This document shows, piece after piece, positions 7,309 through 15,253 of a DNA stretch of 19,280 bases (positions are counted from its first letter, which is position 1; each line of letters starts with the position of its first letter). Location of the stretch: NCBI GenBank assembly GCA_043750125.1, contig JAYVCD010000036.1:1-19280 (forward strand), written 5' to 3'. The notes under the pieces were generated by a model, which saw only the letters and a program-made list of their open reading frames with translations, did no database searches and was not told the origin of the DNA. The DNA is from Archangiaceae bacterium. GTDB taxonomy: Bacteria > Myxococcota > Myxococcia > Myxococcales > Myxococcaceae. Position numbers and translations under genes: made by a program.

Positions 7309-9597
7309 TCAGACGTAGCCGAAGCGACGGCGCAGACCCCACTCGAGGCCGACGATCATCACCAGGGTCAGCAACCAGTACCAGCGATCCCACAGCGGCT
7401 GGTCTTTACTGCGGCCCACTTCCACCAGCGGCGGCTCGAGAAAGGGCACCGCAGCCAACGAAGTGCCCGAGGGCAGCACGAACGCCTTGCCGCCCGTGAC
7501 CCTGGCGATCTCGTTCATCAGCGCCGACCCGACATGGGCATCGGCCAGCTCTGAACCGATCGCGCGCACCGCCAGCGCGTCTTGACCCGAGCCCAGCGCC
7601 TTCCCCCCTTTGGCCGCCTGCGCCCGCAGCAGGTAGGCGCCCGGAGGCGGGGGCGGAAATTCGATGTGGGCGGTGCCGTCGGCAGCCGCAGCCACGGTCT
7701 GCGTTCCGACCACCCGCCCATCTTCCGCGGCGACGAGCTCGACGGTCACGTCGGCGCCGGCAGCAGGCTGGTAGTCCGAAAGCCGGGCCACGATTCCGAC
7801 TCCCACCGGAAGCCCGGGCTCGACGCTGGGAGGATCCGCCTGAACCTGCAACGTCGTCAGGTCCGGGTCTCGCACCAGCCAGCGCAACGCATTGCCCCAG
7901 AAGCGCTCGTAGTGTCGCGAAGGCGCTCCGCCCACGTGCGAGGTGAACGCCCAATACCAACTCGCGTCGGTCATCAGCGTCATCGACCGCCCCCGCCCGT
8001 ATTCCCACAGCGCCAGCACCGGGGCGCTCTGCCCGGCCGCGTTGGTGAAGGGGTGATCGAGCAACACGACCGCTCCGGGTTTGGCGCGGGTGAGATTCAA
8101 GCCAGGAATCGCGGGCAGCGAATTCCAGGCGGCCTCGGCCGAAGTCGAACCGGTACCCAGCGCTGTCACCGGGTGACGCTGGCCATCAGGAGTCAGTCGC
8201 GCTTTGAACGACTGAAGGTCCGAAGCGCCGGCAGCCTCGACCGGCAACGCATCGGACAACACGGTGAACGAAAAGCGCGAGTCGCCGAACGAACGATCGC
8301 CACCGACCACCGCGAGCGCTCCTCCCTTCGAGATGTAGTCCTTGAGGTTGCGCTCGTAGGTGGCAATCGAGAGGCCGGGCTCGGTGTACCCAAAGTTCAG
8401 AAACACGACGACATCGAAGGTGTCGAGCTTCTCGCGAAAAATCTCGTCCATCGGAAACGGAATCAGCGACAGCTCGCGTTCATCTGAGACGGTGCCGGTG
8501 TTGTCGCCGGTGTTTCTCAAGATGTAGAAGCTGATCAGCTCGACGTTGGGATCCTGCTTGAGCAGGCCTCGCAGAAAGCGCTCGTCCCAGCTGGGGCGGC
8601 CCGAGACGAGCAAGACCCGCATCCGATCGCGAATGACTTTGAGCGCAAACGAACGGGTGTTGTTCTCAGCCACCGCCTCGTCTGGGAACACCGGAGTCGA
8701 CACCGTGTAGACGAACCGGCCTGTCTGGTCGGGGGTGAAGGTGAACGAGACCGTCTGGCTGTCATCGTTGCTGGTGAAGCGAACCTGCTGGCTCGCCACC
8801 ACCCTTCCCTCGCGCTTGAGCACCACGGAGATCGTCTCGCCTTTGAACCCCCGGCCCTTCAGCTCGACCTCGGCGGTGACGGAATTGCGCACGAAGGCAA
8901 AGTCATCGACCTTGATCTGATCGATCGCGATGTCTTTGAGCCCTTCCTGGCCGACGAGGAAGGTACTGACGGGAACCCCGAGCTCTTCGAGAGAAGCGCG
9001 GGTGCGCGGTGAAATGCCACTGGCGAAATCGACGTTGTCGGCGCCGTCTGAGATGAGCATCACTCCGGCCAGCTTTCGACTCGAGCTCGAGCTGTCCCCG
9101 GCCTTGAGCGCCCGAAGCGCGGCCAGCAAATCGGTGCGGCCTGCGCGCGGTGGAACGTTGCGAACCGAGTCCGCGGTGACCGGAGCCAACTCGGGATCAA
9201 AGCCATACACATCGAAGGCGTACCGGTCTTTCATCGCTTCGAACTGCGGGCCCAGCGCGGTGAGGGCGTCCGCCGCCTGCGCCGACCGGGTCGGACCTCG
9301 AGGCTCGACCGGAAAGCTCATCGAGGCCGAGCGATCGACGAGCACTGCGACCCGATTCTTGGTGCGGGCCACCTGCAGATTTCGAAGCGCGGGCTCGAGC
9401 AGGAAGAACAGCGCGCAGCAACCGGCCAACACCCGCAAGCCCCACAACAGCGCCCGCCGCCGGGCGTCTGGCTCTCGCCACAACCCGAGGCACGCGAGCA
9501 GCACGCCTGCCACCACTGCGGCGGACAAGCCGACCAGCGCCCAGCCCGGCAGGGGCGAGAGGCTGACCCACTTCCAGCTGTGCTGCGCGGACTCCAT
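7309..9597 (-). CDS. Membrane-anchored vWA + Ig-like + class I glutamine amidotransferase-like (DUF1355-type) domain protein
   Basis: Two N-terminal TM helices. MIDAS elements VLVDRSASM, TDL and ISDGADN. Ig-like segment ending 'ENN'. GATase-like segment 'RVLLVSGRPSWDERFLR..L..DP' through 'YGRGR......D..W.W'. C-terminal TM helix ending LEWGLRRRFG. Confidence 0.82.
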   Translation of the reverse strand: MESAQHSWKWVSLSPLPGWALVGLSAAVVAGVLLACLGLWREPDARRRALLWGLRVLAGCCALFFLLEPALRNLQVARTKNRVAVLVDRSASMSFPVEPRGPTRSAQAADALTALGPQFEAMKDRYAFDVYGFDPELAPVTADSVRNVPPRAGRTDLLAALRALKAGDSSSSSRKLAGVMLISDGADNVDFASGISPRTRASLEELGVPVSTFLVGQEGLKDIAIDQIKVDDFAFVRNSVTAEVELKGRGFKGETISVVLKREGRVVASQQVRFTSNDDSQTVSFTFTPDQTGRFVYTVSTPVFPDEAVAENNTRSFALKVIRDRMRVLLVSGRPSWDERFLRGLLKQDPNVELISFYILRNTGDNTGTVSDERELSLIPFPMDEIFREKLDTFDVVVFLNFGYTEPGLSIATYERNLKDYISKGGALAVVGGDRSFGDSRFSFTVLSDALPVEAAGASDLQSFKARLTPDGQRHPVTALGTGSTSAEAAWNSLPAIPGLNLTRAKPGAVVLLDHPFTNAAGQSAPVLALWEYGRGRSMTLMTDASWYWAFTSHVGGAPSRHYERFWGNALRWLVRDPDLTTLQVQADPPSVEPGLPVGVGIVARLSDYQPAAGADVTVELVAAEDGRVVGTQTVAAAADGTAHIEFPPPPPGAYLLRAQAAKGGKALGSGQDALAVRAIGSELADAHVGSALMNEIARVTGGKAFVLPSGTSLAAVPFLEPPLVEVGRSKDQPLWDRWYWLLTLVMIVGLEWGLRRRFGYV

Positions 9598-10341
9598 CTA
9601 TCGCCGCCGCTTCATGATCATCGGCAAATGCACCGCGTCGTCTTTGTAGTCGAGGCACATCGCGTACATCACGATGTTGATCGCCAACCGGGTGGCGTAC
9701 TCGCGCTGCCGCTCGCCTCCGGGAATCGGCTCGTACTCGAAGGTGCCCCCGTCGTCGCGGTTGAGGGCTCCCATCACGTCGTTCTGCGAATAGAGCACCG
9801 CGGCCCGCCGCCCGATGGTGGCCGCTTCGAGCCAGGGCTTGTTGAGCAGCCGACCCGGCGCGGCATCGAGCAGGAAGAAGCTCTTGAAGACCACGTGGGT
9901 CGAAGGCACCTGCGCCAGTGGCGTCTGGGGCAGCACCCGGGCCAGCTCGCGCCGAAAGCTCGAGTCGAAACCATTCCCGTCGCTGCCGTCGTTCGCGTCG
10001 GCGAAGAGGAACCCCCCGAAGGTCAGGTAGCGGCGCAGGTTCTCGACTTCGTCGCTCTTCAGAGGGGGCAGCTCGCCGTCTGAGCCGAGGTAGAGGAAAG
10101 GGTGCTCGAACAGACGCGGGCTGGACAGAGGAAGGGCGCGCGCCTCGAGGACCACTTCGATCGACGTCCGGCGCTGAAGTTCCCATGCCAGCCGGCGAAG
10201 GCCGGACGCACGGGTGTCCCACTTGCCTGAGTGCTGGGCGACCGCGGGAATGAACCGCGAGGAATCGCCGAACGCCAGGGCGCGGGTGGCGGGGAACGTC
10301 AGGCCCGCGAGGAACAGCCGGCGGCTGAAGGAATGCGGCAT
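9598..10341 (-). CDS. DUF4159 domain protein with a putative Tat signal
   Basis: Start at ATG 10341: MPHSFSRRLFLAG..ALA (twin-Arg SRRxFL). Contains 'LFEHPFLYL', 'EVENLRRYLTFGGFLFAD', 'HVVFKSFFLL' and 'NIVMYAMCLDYKDD.VH'. Its stop directly abuts the next ATG. Confidence 0.85.
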   Translation of the reverse strand: MPHSFSRRLFLAGLTFPATRALAFGDSSRFIPAVAQHSGKWDTRASGLRRLAWELQRRTSIEVVLEARALPLSSPRLFEHPFLYLGSDGELPPLKSDEVENLRRYLTFGGFLFADANDGSDGNGFDSSFRRELARVLPQTPLAQVPSTHVVFKSFFLLDAAPGRLLNKPWLEAATIGRRAAVLYSQNDVMGALNRDDGGTFEYEPIPGGERQREYATRLAINIVMYAMCLDYKDDAVHLPMIMKRRR

Positions 10342-10422
10342 TGCGAGAGGGGTATATACCGCTGGGCCCGGCAGGGATTCCCAGACAACGCACCGGCGCG
10401 TTGATTGAGTTATAGGGCGCGC
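10342..10422. promoter_or_regulatory. Divergent promoter region
   Basis: 81 bp between divergent starts. AT-rich -10-like words lie close to both ATGs: GGTATATACC at 10351-10360 and GTTATAGG at ~10409-10416. No obvious SD sequences. Confidence 0.45.
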
Positions 10423-10761
10423 ATGGCGAAGGGCAAACGCGGCAAGCAGGACAAGGCAGAAACGGCTGGGTCCGAAGGGAAGTCGCTGCTCGATGTCGCA
10501 TGGCGCGCCTACCAGGCGGGCGACGTGGTGGTGGCGAGGCGGGCGGCAAAGCTGGTGCTGGCCGGTGGCGCGAAAGAAGCCGATGAGGCGCTCGCCAGGA
10601 AGCTGGGCAAAGAGCTGTTCGCTGCAGGGCACGAGACCAATTCTCAAGAAGTGGCCCGCGACCTGATTGAACGGACCAACCCTCCGCCGAAACCCTTCCT
10701 GCTGGCGGGGGCCGCGGCGCTGATCTGGGTGGTGTTGTTGGCGATCGCTTCGCGGGCGTGA
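10423..10761 (+). CDS. Hypothetical helical protein with a C-terminal TM anchor
   Basis: MAKGKRGKQDK...; high GC3 codon use; C-terminal hydrophobic FLLAGAAALIWVVLLAIA; TGATG overlap with the next gene. Confidence 0.72.
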   Translation: MAKGKRGKQDKAETAGSEGKSLLDVAWRAYQAGDVVVARRAAKLVLAGGAKEADEALARKLGKELFAAGHETNSQEVARDLIERTNPPPKPFLLAGAAALIWVVLLAIASRA

Positions 10762-11489
10762 TGGAAACCTTTCTTCGCGCCATCGAGGCCTACCAGCGCT
10801 TCGACCCCGCGGGGTGGGTGAGCCTGTTCCGTTTCTTCCCGGCCTGGGCCGGCCTGGCTTTGATCCTCGTCGGCGTGGCGATGATGTTGTTCGGGGGCGG
10901 GAAGTTGTTCCGCCTGGTCGCCGGGCCCCTGGGCGCGGGAGTGGGCTTTCTGTGGGCGAGCGTGATCGCGACCAAGCTCGGCTTTGGGGCGCAAGGCAAC
11001 CAGGTGCGAATCGTCGCGACCCTCGTGATCGGCGGGCTGGGCTTCCTCTACCCCCCCGCCGCGACTTTTTTTGCCTTTGGAATTCCGGTGGGTCTGGTGG
11101 CCGGCGAGGTGGTGGGCAATGCCGACTGGGTGCTCGGCTTCATCCCCGGGTTTTTCTTCGCAGGGGTGTTGGCGATGGCGGCCCACCGATTCATCGGAGC
11201 GATTGTCTCGTCGCTGTTCGGGGCGTGGCTGTTGGTCCTGGGGGTGCTGGCGGCGTTGCACCCGTTCACCTCGATGGTGGAATCGGTCTCTCAGCAGCCC
11301 TGGGGGGTGTTGATTGCGGCGCTGCTGTTCGCGATCGCCGGCTGCGTCTACCAGCTGTTCGTGCAGCTTTCTCCGGACGCGCGTGAGGCGCTGCGGCAGG
11401 AAAAGAGGACCGCGAAGAGAAAGAAGGCGGACGCGAAGGCGATTGAGAACCGGTGGACGAACTACTCGAAGGACAAAGGGCTGGACTGA
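10761..11489 (+). CDS. Polytopic membrane protein, DUF4203/TMEM198-like
   Basis: About 7 Gly-rich TM helices. 'GLALILVGVAMMLFGG.KLFR', 'SSLFGAWLLVLG' and 'AIAG..YQ' recall DUF4203. Basic C-terminal tail. Confidence 0.72.
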   Translation: METFLRAIEAYQRFDPAGWVSLFRFFPAWAGLALILVGVAMMLFGGGKLFRLVAGPLGAGVGFLWASVIATKLGFGAQGNQVRIVATLVIGGLGFLYPPAATFFAFGIPVGLVAGEVVGNADWVLGFIPGFFFAGVLAMAAHRFIGAIVSSLFGAWLLVLGVLAALHPFTSMVESVSQQPWGVLIAALLFAIAGCVYQLFVQLSPDAREALRQEKRTAKRKKADAKAIENRWTNYSKDKGLD

Positions 11490-11532
11490 TACCCTTATGT
11501 GGGTCGGCGGTTCGTGGTAGCAGCGCGGTCAG

Positions 11533-12360
11533 ATGGCTCAGGCGAAGCGCAGAGAACGGACGACAGAGGAGCTCACCGTGGATGAAGCCCGAGCAGACAT
11601 TGCTTCGTCTTCTGACGGGACTCAGGCGGGGCCGTGGCAGAAGCCCCAGGGGCTGACGCCGCGCGGGTGGGCGATCGTCGCGGGGCTGGTGCTGGTCCTG
11701 AATGTTCCGCTCATTCACTACTTCCTGCTGCGCTCGGCGCCTGAGGTCACCGCCACGGTGCCGTACTCGGACGACTTCGAGAACCCGGGAACTGTCGCGA
11801 AGAACTACTTCAGCACCGGTGGCTTCTGGAGGACGGTGAATGGCGAGCTGCTTTCGCCGGGCGTGAAGAACAACCCGCTGTGGCTCAAGGCCAAACTTCC
11901 CCAGAACGTGGCGGTCGAGTTCGACGCGAAGTCGATGTCTCCGGAAGGGGACGTGAAGGTGGAAATCTTCGGCGATGGCAGCGACCACGCGTCGGGCTAC
12001 GTCCTGATTCACGGCGGCTGGAACAACACGATGAGCGTGATCGCCCGGCTCGATGAGCACGGCGCTCCGTTGGCGCAGTTGCAGAACGAGGCCAAAGGGC
12101 AGGACCTGGTGAAGAGCGGAGTCTTCAAGAAGGACACCCGGATGCGCGTGGAAGGCGTTCACCAACGCGTCGAGATCGCCCAGAGCAACCACTGGAGAAT
12201 CGAGCGAAGGGGATCTGTCATCACCTGGATGCTCAATGGTCAGAAGTACCTCGAATTCAACGACCCGATTCCGCTGGTCGGCGAAGGGCACGATCGGTTC
12301 GGTTTCTCCTCGTGGGAAGCGCAGCTGTACTTCGACAACTTGTCGATTACGCCGCTGTAA
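11533..12360 (+). CDS. Single-pass membrane protein with an extracytoplasmic concanavalin A-like (DUF1080/LamG-type) beta-sandwich domain
   Basis: TM segment WAIVAGLVLVLNVPLIHYFLL, then YSDDFE..W.TVNGEL..VAVEFDA..HWRIERRG..ITW.LNG..GFSSW..LYFDNL.I, which is the typical ConA-like pattern. Confidence 0.75.
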   Translation: MAQAKRRERTTEELTVDEARADIASSSDGTQAGPWQKPQGLTPRGWAIVAGLVLVLNVPLIHYFLLRSAPEVTATVPYSDDFENPGTVAKNYFSTGGFWRTVNGELLSPGVKNNPLWLKAKLPQNVAVEFDAKSMSPEGDVKVEIFGDGSDHASGYVLIHGGWNNTMSVIARLDEHGAPLAQLQNEAKGQDLVKSGVFKKDTRMRVEGVHQRVEIAQSNHWRIERRGSVITWMLNGQKYLEFNDPIPLVGEGHDRFGFSSWEAQLYFDNLSITPL

Positions 12361-12379
12361 GAAAGCCGAAACGAAATGG

Positions 12380-12407
12380 TTGCAACGGGTATTCCGTCGT
12401 ATAGGGT
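12380..12407 (+). promoter_or_regulatory. Putative sigma70-type promoter
   Basis: TTGCAA (12380-85), 16-bp spacer, TAGGGT (12402-07), about 90 bp upstream of the lipoprotein ATG at 12499. Confidence 0.45.
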
Positions 12408-12498
12408 GCCCGCGCGTTCTCCACGAGGGGGACCGGTTACAGCAATACCGCAGCAGAGTTCGCAGTCTAAACGCAGCACCAAACCAGGGGTTTTAGAA

Positions 12499-12786
12499 AT
12501 GAAGCGTATCGTTATCGGAGTTGTTGCAGGTCTCTCGCTCATCGCCATCGCGGCGTGTGGCGGCGGTGGTGGCGGGCAGTCGGCGGAGTGCAAGAACTAC
12601 GTTGCCTGCAGCACCAAGCTCTTCCCCAGCACCACGACCAGCAACGAGGCCACCTACGGCACCAGCGGCACCTGCTGGAGCACCGGCGTGGCAGCATCGG
12701 CCGATGCTTGCACGGCTTCCTGCAAGACCGGCAACGACGCCTACAAGGCGAACGGTTCTGCGGCGGACGCGGGCTGCACGTTCTAA
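12499..12786 (+). CDS. Small Cys-rich lipoprotein (6 Cys in mature part), paralog A
   Basis: MKRIVIGVVAGLSLIAIAA|CGGG lipobox; AGGGG SD; very high GC3; followed by a terminator; paralogous to 13526..13789. Confidence 0.85.
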   Translation: MKRIVIGVVAGLSLIAIAACGGGGGGQSAECKNYVACSTKLFPSTTTSNEATYGTSGTCWSTGVAASADACTASCKTGNDAYKANGSAADAGCTF

Positions 12787-12809
12787 AGCGTCACCTGCTT
12801 TGATGTAAC

Positions 12810-12848
12810 AAAGGCCCTCGGTGCCAACACGCCGGGGGCCTTTCGTTT
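12810..12848. terminator. Intrinsic terminator, probably bidirectional
   Basis: AAAGGCCCTCGG-tgccaacacg-CCGGGGGCCTTT followed by CGTTT, lying between convergent genes. Confidence 0.8.
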
Positions 12849-12861
12849 GGCCGCGCTGTGC

Positions 12862-13422
12862 TTAGAGCTTGCCGTCGCTCTTCAAGAACGCGTGGATCTT
12901 CTCGACGGCCGGCAGCGGAGCAAACCAGCCCCTGCGCGCGCCTTCATTGAAGCGGATTCCCGTGACCTGCGGGCCCTTGTACCCAGCAAAAAAGGCTCGG
13001 GCTTCGTCGGGGGTCATCGAGACGGACAGCGGGCTTCCATCCTGGGCCAGGTGGGGGTTGGGGGGGACGGCGAAGGCGATCTGCGCGGGCCCTGCGTCGG
13101 ACGCAGCGCTCTCGGACTCAGGGGTTGCTTTGATCGCCACCGCGTAGGCCTTGAGCGACGGGAGATCAGTGAAGACCATCAGGAACGTCTCACCGCCGAT
13201 GCTCTCGACCGAGGGCTGTTTTTCCGCCGCCGTCTTCTGGTTCATCAAGAAGTGCCACTGCGGCAGCTTGAACAAGGGCGTCCACAGCTTGTGAATTGAA
13301 TCGAGGTCTGCGGGCGCATGCTCGGGGTAGGCGCGCTCGGCAAGCTCAGCAAAGTTGGGCGGACCCGGAGGGCAGCCGAGCAGCGCGAGCGCAAAAAAGA
13401 TCGGAAGAATTCGTACGTTCAT
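12862..13422 (-). CDS. Lipoprotein with an SseB N-terminal-like domain
   Basis: Lipobox ALALLG|C and GGAG upstream. 'W.FL....P......FLMVFTD...L..YA' and 'GIRFN.G...WF.P' resemble the SseB_N family. Confidence 0.65.
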   Translation of the reverse strand: MNVRILPIFFALALLGCPPGPPNFAELAERAYPEHAPADLDSIHKLWTPLFKLPQWHFLMNQKTAAEKQPSVESIGGETFLMVFTDLPSLKAYAVAIKATPESESAASDAGPAQIAFAVPPNPHLAQDGSPLSVSMTPDEARAFFAGYKGPQVTGIRFNEGARRGWFAPLPAVEKIHAFLKSDGKL

Positions 13423-13525
13423 TCTTCCCGCCTACTCCAGGAAACGGCGCCCCGGTCATTATTATTGTCGGGTCCGCGCGGGCTGAACTTCGCGCTCGTG
13501 ATGGTACGGTGGGCCCGGAGCTTCG

Positions 13526-13789
13526 ATGACGAACAGCAAACGAATCGTGGGTGCAGTCTTGTTGGCCCTGGGCCTGGGCGCCGGGGCGGCCTGCAGCGGC
13601 GGCAATGGTCAGTCGATGGAATGCGGCCAGTACCTCGGGTGCGTGGTGAAATTCTCAGGAACCAGCGCCTCGCTCGATTCAAAGTACGGAACGAACGGCA
13701 CCTGCTGGACAGACAGCGCCCAGGCGGAAGTGTGCAGCAAGTTCTGCCGAACGGCGCTCGCGGCCTTTCCTGGCGACGCAGGCTGTTAG
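13526..13789 (+). CDS. Small Cys-rich lipoprotein (6 Cys in mature part), paralog B
   Basis: Signal ...LLALGLGAGAA|CSGG; GGAG SD; TGGTACGGT extended -10-like word upstream; shares GQSxECxxYxxC, YGTxGTCW, CxxxCxT and DAGC with 12499..12786. Confidence 0.82.
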   Translation: MTNSKRIVGAVLLALGLGAGAACSGGNGQSMECGQYLGCVVKFSGTSASLDSKYGTNGTCWTDSAQAEVCSKFCRTALAAFPGDAGC

Positions 13790-13914
13790 CCGTTACCGCT
13801 TTTCAAGTACCCACCTCTGCCTTCGCTTCAACAGTGTCTCGAGGCTCGCTCTAGCGAGGGAAGTGGTTCGAACGCGCCCGGCTGCGCCGTGAACCGCGCT
13901 TCCAGGAGTTCTTC

Positions 13915-14520
13915 ATGTTTCGTTTCCTGATCGTTGCGACGCTGCTTTCGATGACAGCGTGCCTTCCCGAAATCCGTGTGGGCCCCAAAGAAGGGGTTCC
14001 ACCGATCAGCGGGTCCACCGAGATTCCGACCGACCTGGGGGCCTGCGGCGAACCGGTGGCGGGCTCGGCGGGCACCGCCACGACCCGGAAGGTCGCCGGG
14101 GGCTGCGAGCTCACGTTCACCCAGGACGTCCAGGTGCTCGATGAGTCGGACTACGCCCAGATTTCAAATTTGACGTCCTTCAGTGGCCTGCTCGAAGCGG
14201 TTGAGCTTCGCCTCGAGCAGTTCGACTTCGTCGACGTGGCGACGAACACCCCGGTCAACCTGGTGACCCAGGTCACTGCGGCGACGCTGTCGATCAACGG
14301 CCTCTTCGTGGCCGACAAGACCATCCTTACGTCCCTGCCGAAGACTTTGCGGCTCAGTGGACCCGCCCTGTCCCCGGTGAAAGACGCCATCTACAATCAC
14401 CGGCCCGTGAGCCTTCGAATCAATGCAGTGGTGGTGCTGCCCGACAATCCGCCTCCTCCGCGGAACCTGCGTTTTATCTACCAGGGCCAACCGACCCTGG
14501 TGTTGGGCGGAAGTCTCTAG
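13915..14520 (+). CDS. Hypothetical beta-rich lipoprotein
   Basis: AGGAG SD; MFRFLIVATLLSMTA|C lipobox; two further Cys; alternating hydrophobic beta-strand pattern. Confidence 0.78.
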   Translation: MFRFLIVATLLSMTACLPEIRVGPKEGVPPISGSTEIPTDLGACGEPVAGSAGTATTRKVAGGCELTFTQDVQVLDESDYAQISNLTSFSGLLEAVELRLEQFDFVDVATNTPVNLVTQVTAATLSINGLFVADKTILTSLPKTLRLSGPALSPVKDAIYNHRPVSLRINAVVVLPDNPPPPRNLRFIYQGQPTLVLGGSL

Positions 14521-14861
14521 TGCTGAAGCGGGGGGTGTTGGCGGGACTGCTGGCACTGTGGTCCGGCTGTGGGGCCAACCCGGTGCAGCAGTGCAACCAG
14601 ACGGCTGCGGCCTCGTGCAAGAAGCTGTTCGAGTGCTGGACGAGCGAGGCCGATCGCACCCGACTGATGTTGGGGGCCAGCGCCGAGGCATGCACCACCA
14701 GCGCACAGGTCAGGTGTCAGCCGCCGGCAGTGCTGTGTGCGAGCCCGAAGGCGTGGGACGCTGCGGCGGCCGCGGGGTGCGTCTCGGAGTTCGAGGCCAT
14801 CACCTGCAGCGCGTTGAGGGCCGGCGCGACGCCCCCGAGTTGCTCGAACACCTGCACCTGA
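14520..14861 (+). CDS. Small Cys-rich lipoprotein (10 Cys in mature part)
   Basis: GTG start overlaps the upstream TAG; MLKRGVLAGLLALWSG|CGA; myxobacterial-type 'C...A...CKKLFEC' and 'D...A..CV......TC' pattern. Confidence 0.78.
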   Translation: MLKRGVLAGLLALWSGCGANPVQQCNQTAAASCKKLFECWTSEADRTRLMLGASAEACTTSAQVRCQPPAVLCASPKAWDAAAAAGCVSEFEAITCSALRAGATPPSCSNTCT

Positions 14862-14901
14862 GTTCGCGTATACGCTCTGTTCACTCTTTGGGAGGGGCTT
14901 G

Positions 14902-15243
14902 ATGACCTTGCGCACCTTGGTACTGGCAGTGCTTGTTGCTGGAGTTGTGGGTTGTGGAAGCGGCGATCCCTGCGGCCAGCCGAGCAGCTGCCCCAACGAC
15001 CCGATGGCGACGCCTTCCGACATCACCGCCTGCCGCGCCACGCTCGACGCGAACAAGAACGCGACCTGTTTCAGCCTGGTGGTCTCTCTCGGGACCTGCG
15101 TCAAAAGCAGCCGCGTGTGCAACAGCGGGGGGACAACCGACGAAAGACTCACGAGCACCAAGGCCGAAAACAACTGCAAGAACGAGTTCGATGCCGCCAC
15201 GTCGTGCTGTGCGGGGAACCCCACCTCGACCGCCTGCAAGTAA
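14902..15243 (+). CDS. Small Cys-rich lipoprotein (10 Cys in mature part)
   Basis: GGAGG SD at 14891-95; MTLRTLVLAVLVAGVVG|CGSG lipobox; CPND motif; CC pair near the C-terminus. Confidence 0.8.
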   Translation: MTLRTLVLAVLVAGVVGCGSGDPCGQPSSCPNDPMATPSDITACRATLDANKNATCFSLVVSLGTCVKSSRVCNSGGTTDERLTSTKAENNCKNEFDAATSCCAGNPTSTACK

Positions 15244-15253
15244 CGACTGCGCG

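Noticed and set aside
9197..10783. 528-aa minus-strand ORF, and the 102-aa N-terminal extension of the DUF4159 ORF
   Set aside because: Off-frame Arg/Pro-rich translation overlapping real genes. The DUF4159 Tat signal starts at 10341.
14866..14875. Perfect palindromes GCGTATACGC here and GGTATATACC at 10351-10360 as a shared operator
   Set aside because: They differ in sequence and are more simply explained as TATA-containing -10 elements.
12499..15243. Small Cys-rich ORFs as RiPP precursors or SitA-type toxin/immunity pairs
   Set aside because: All carry lipoprotein signals, no modifying enzymes or transporters are adjacent, and no nuclease toxin domain or cytoplasmic immunity gene is visible.
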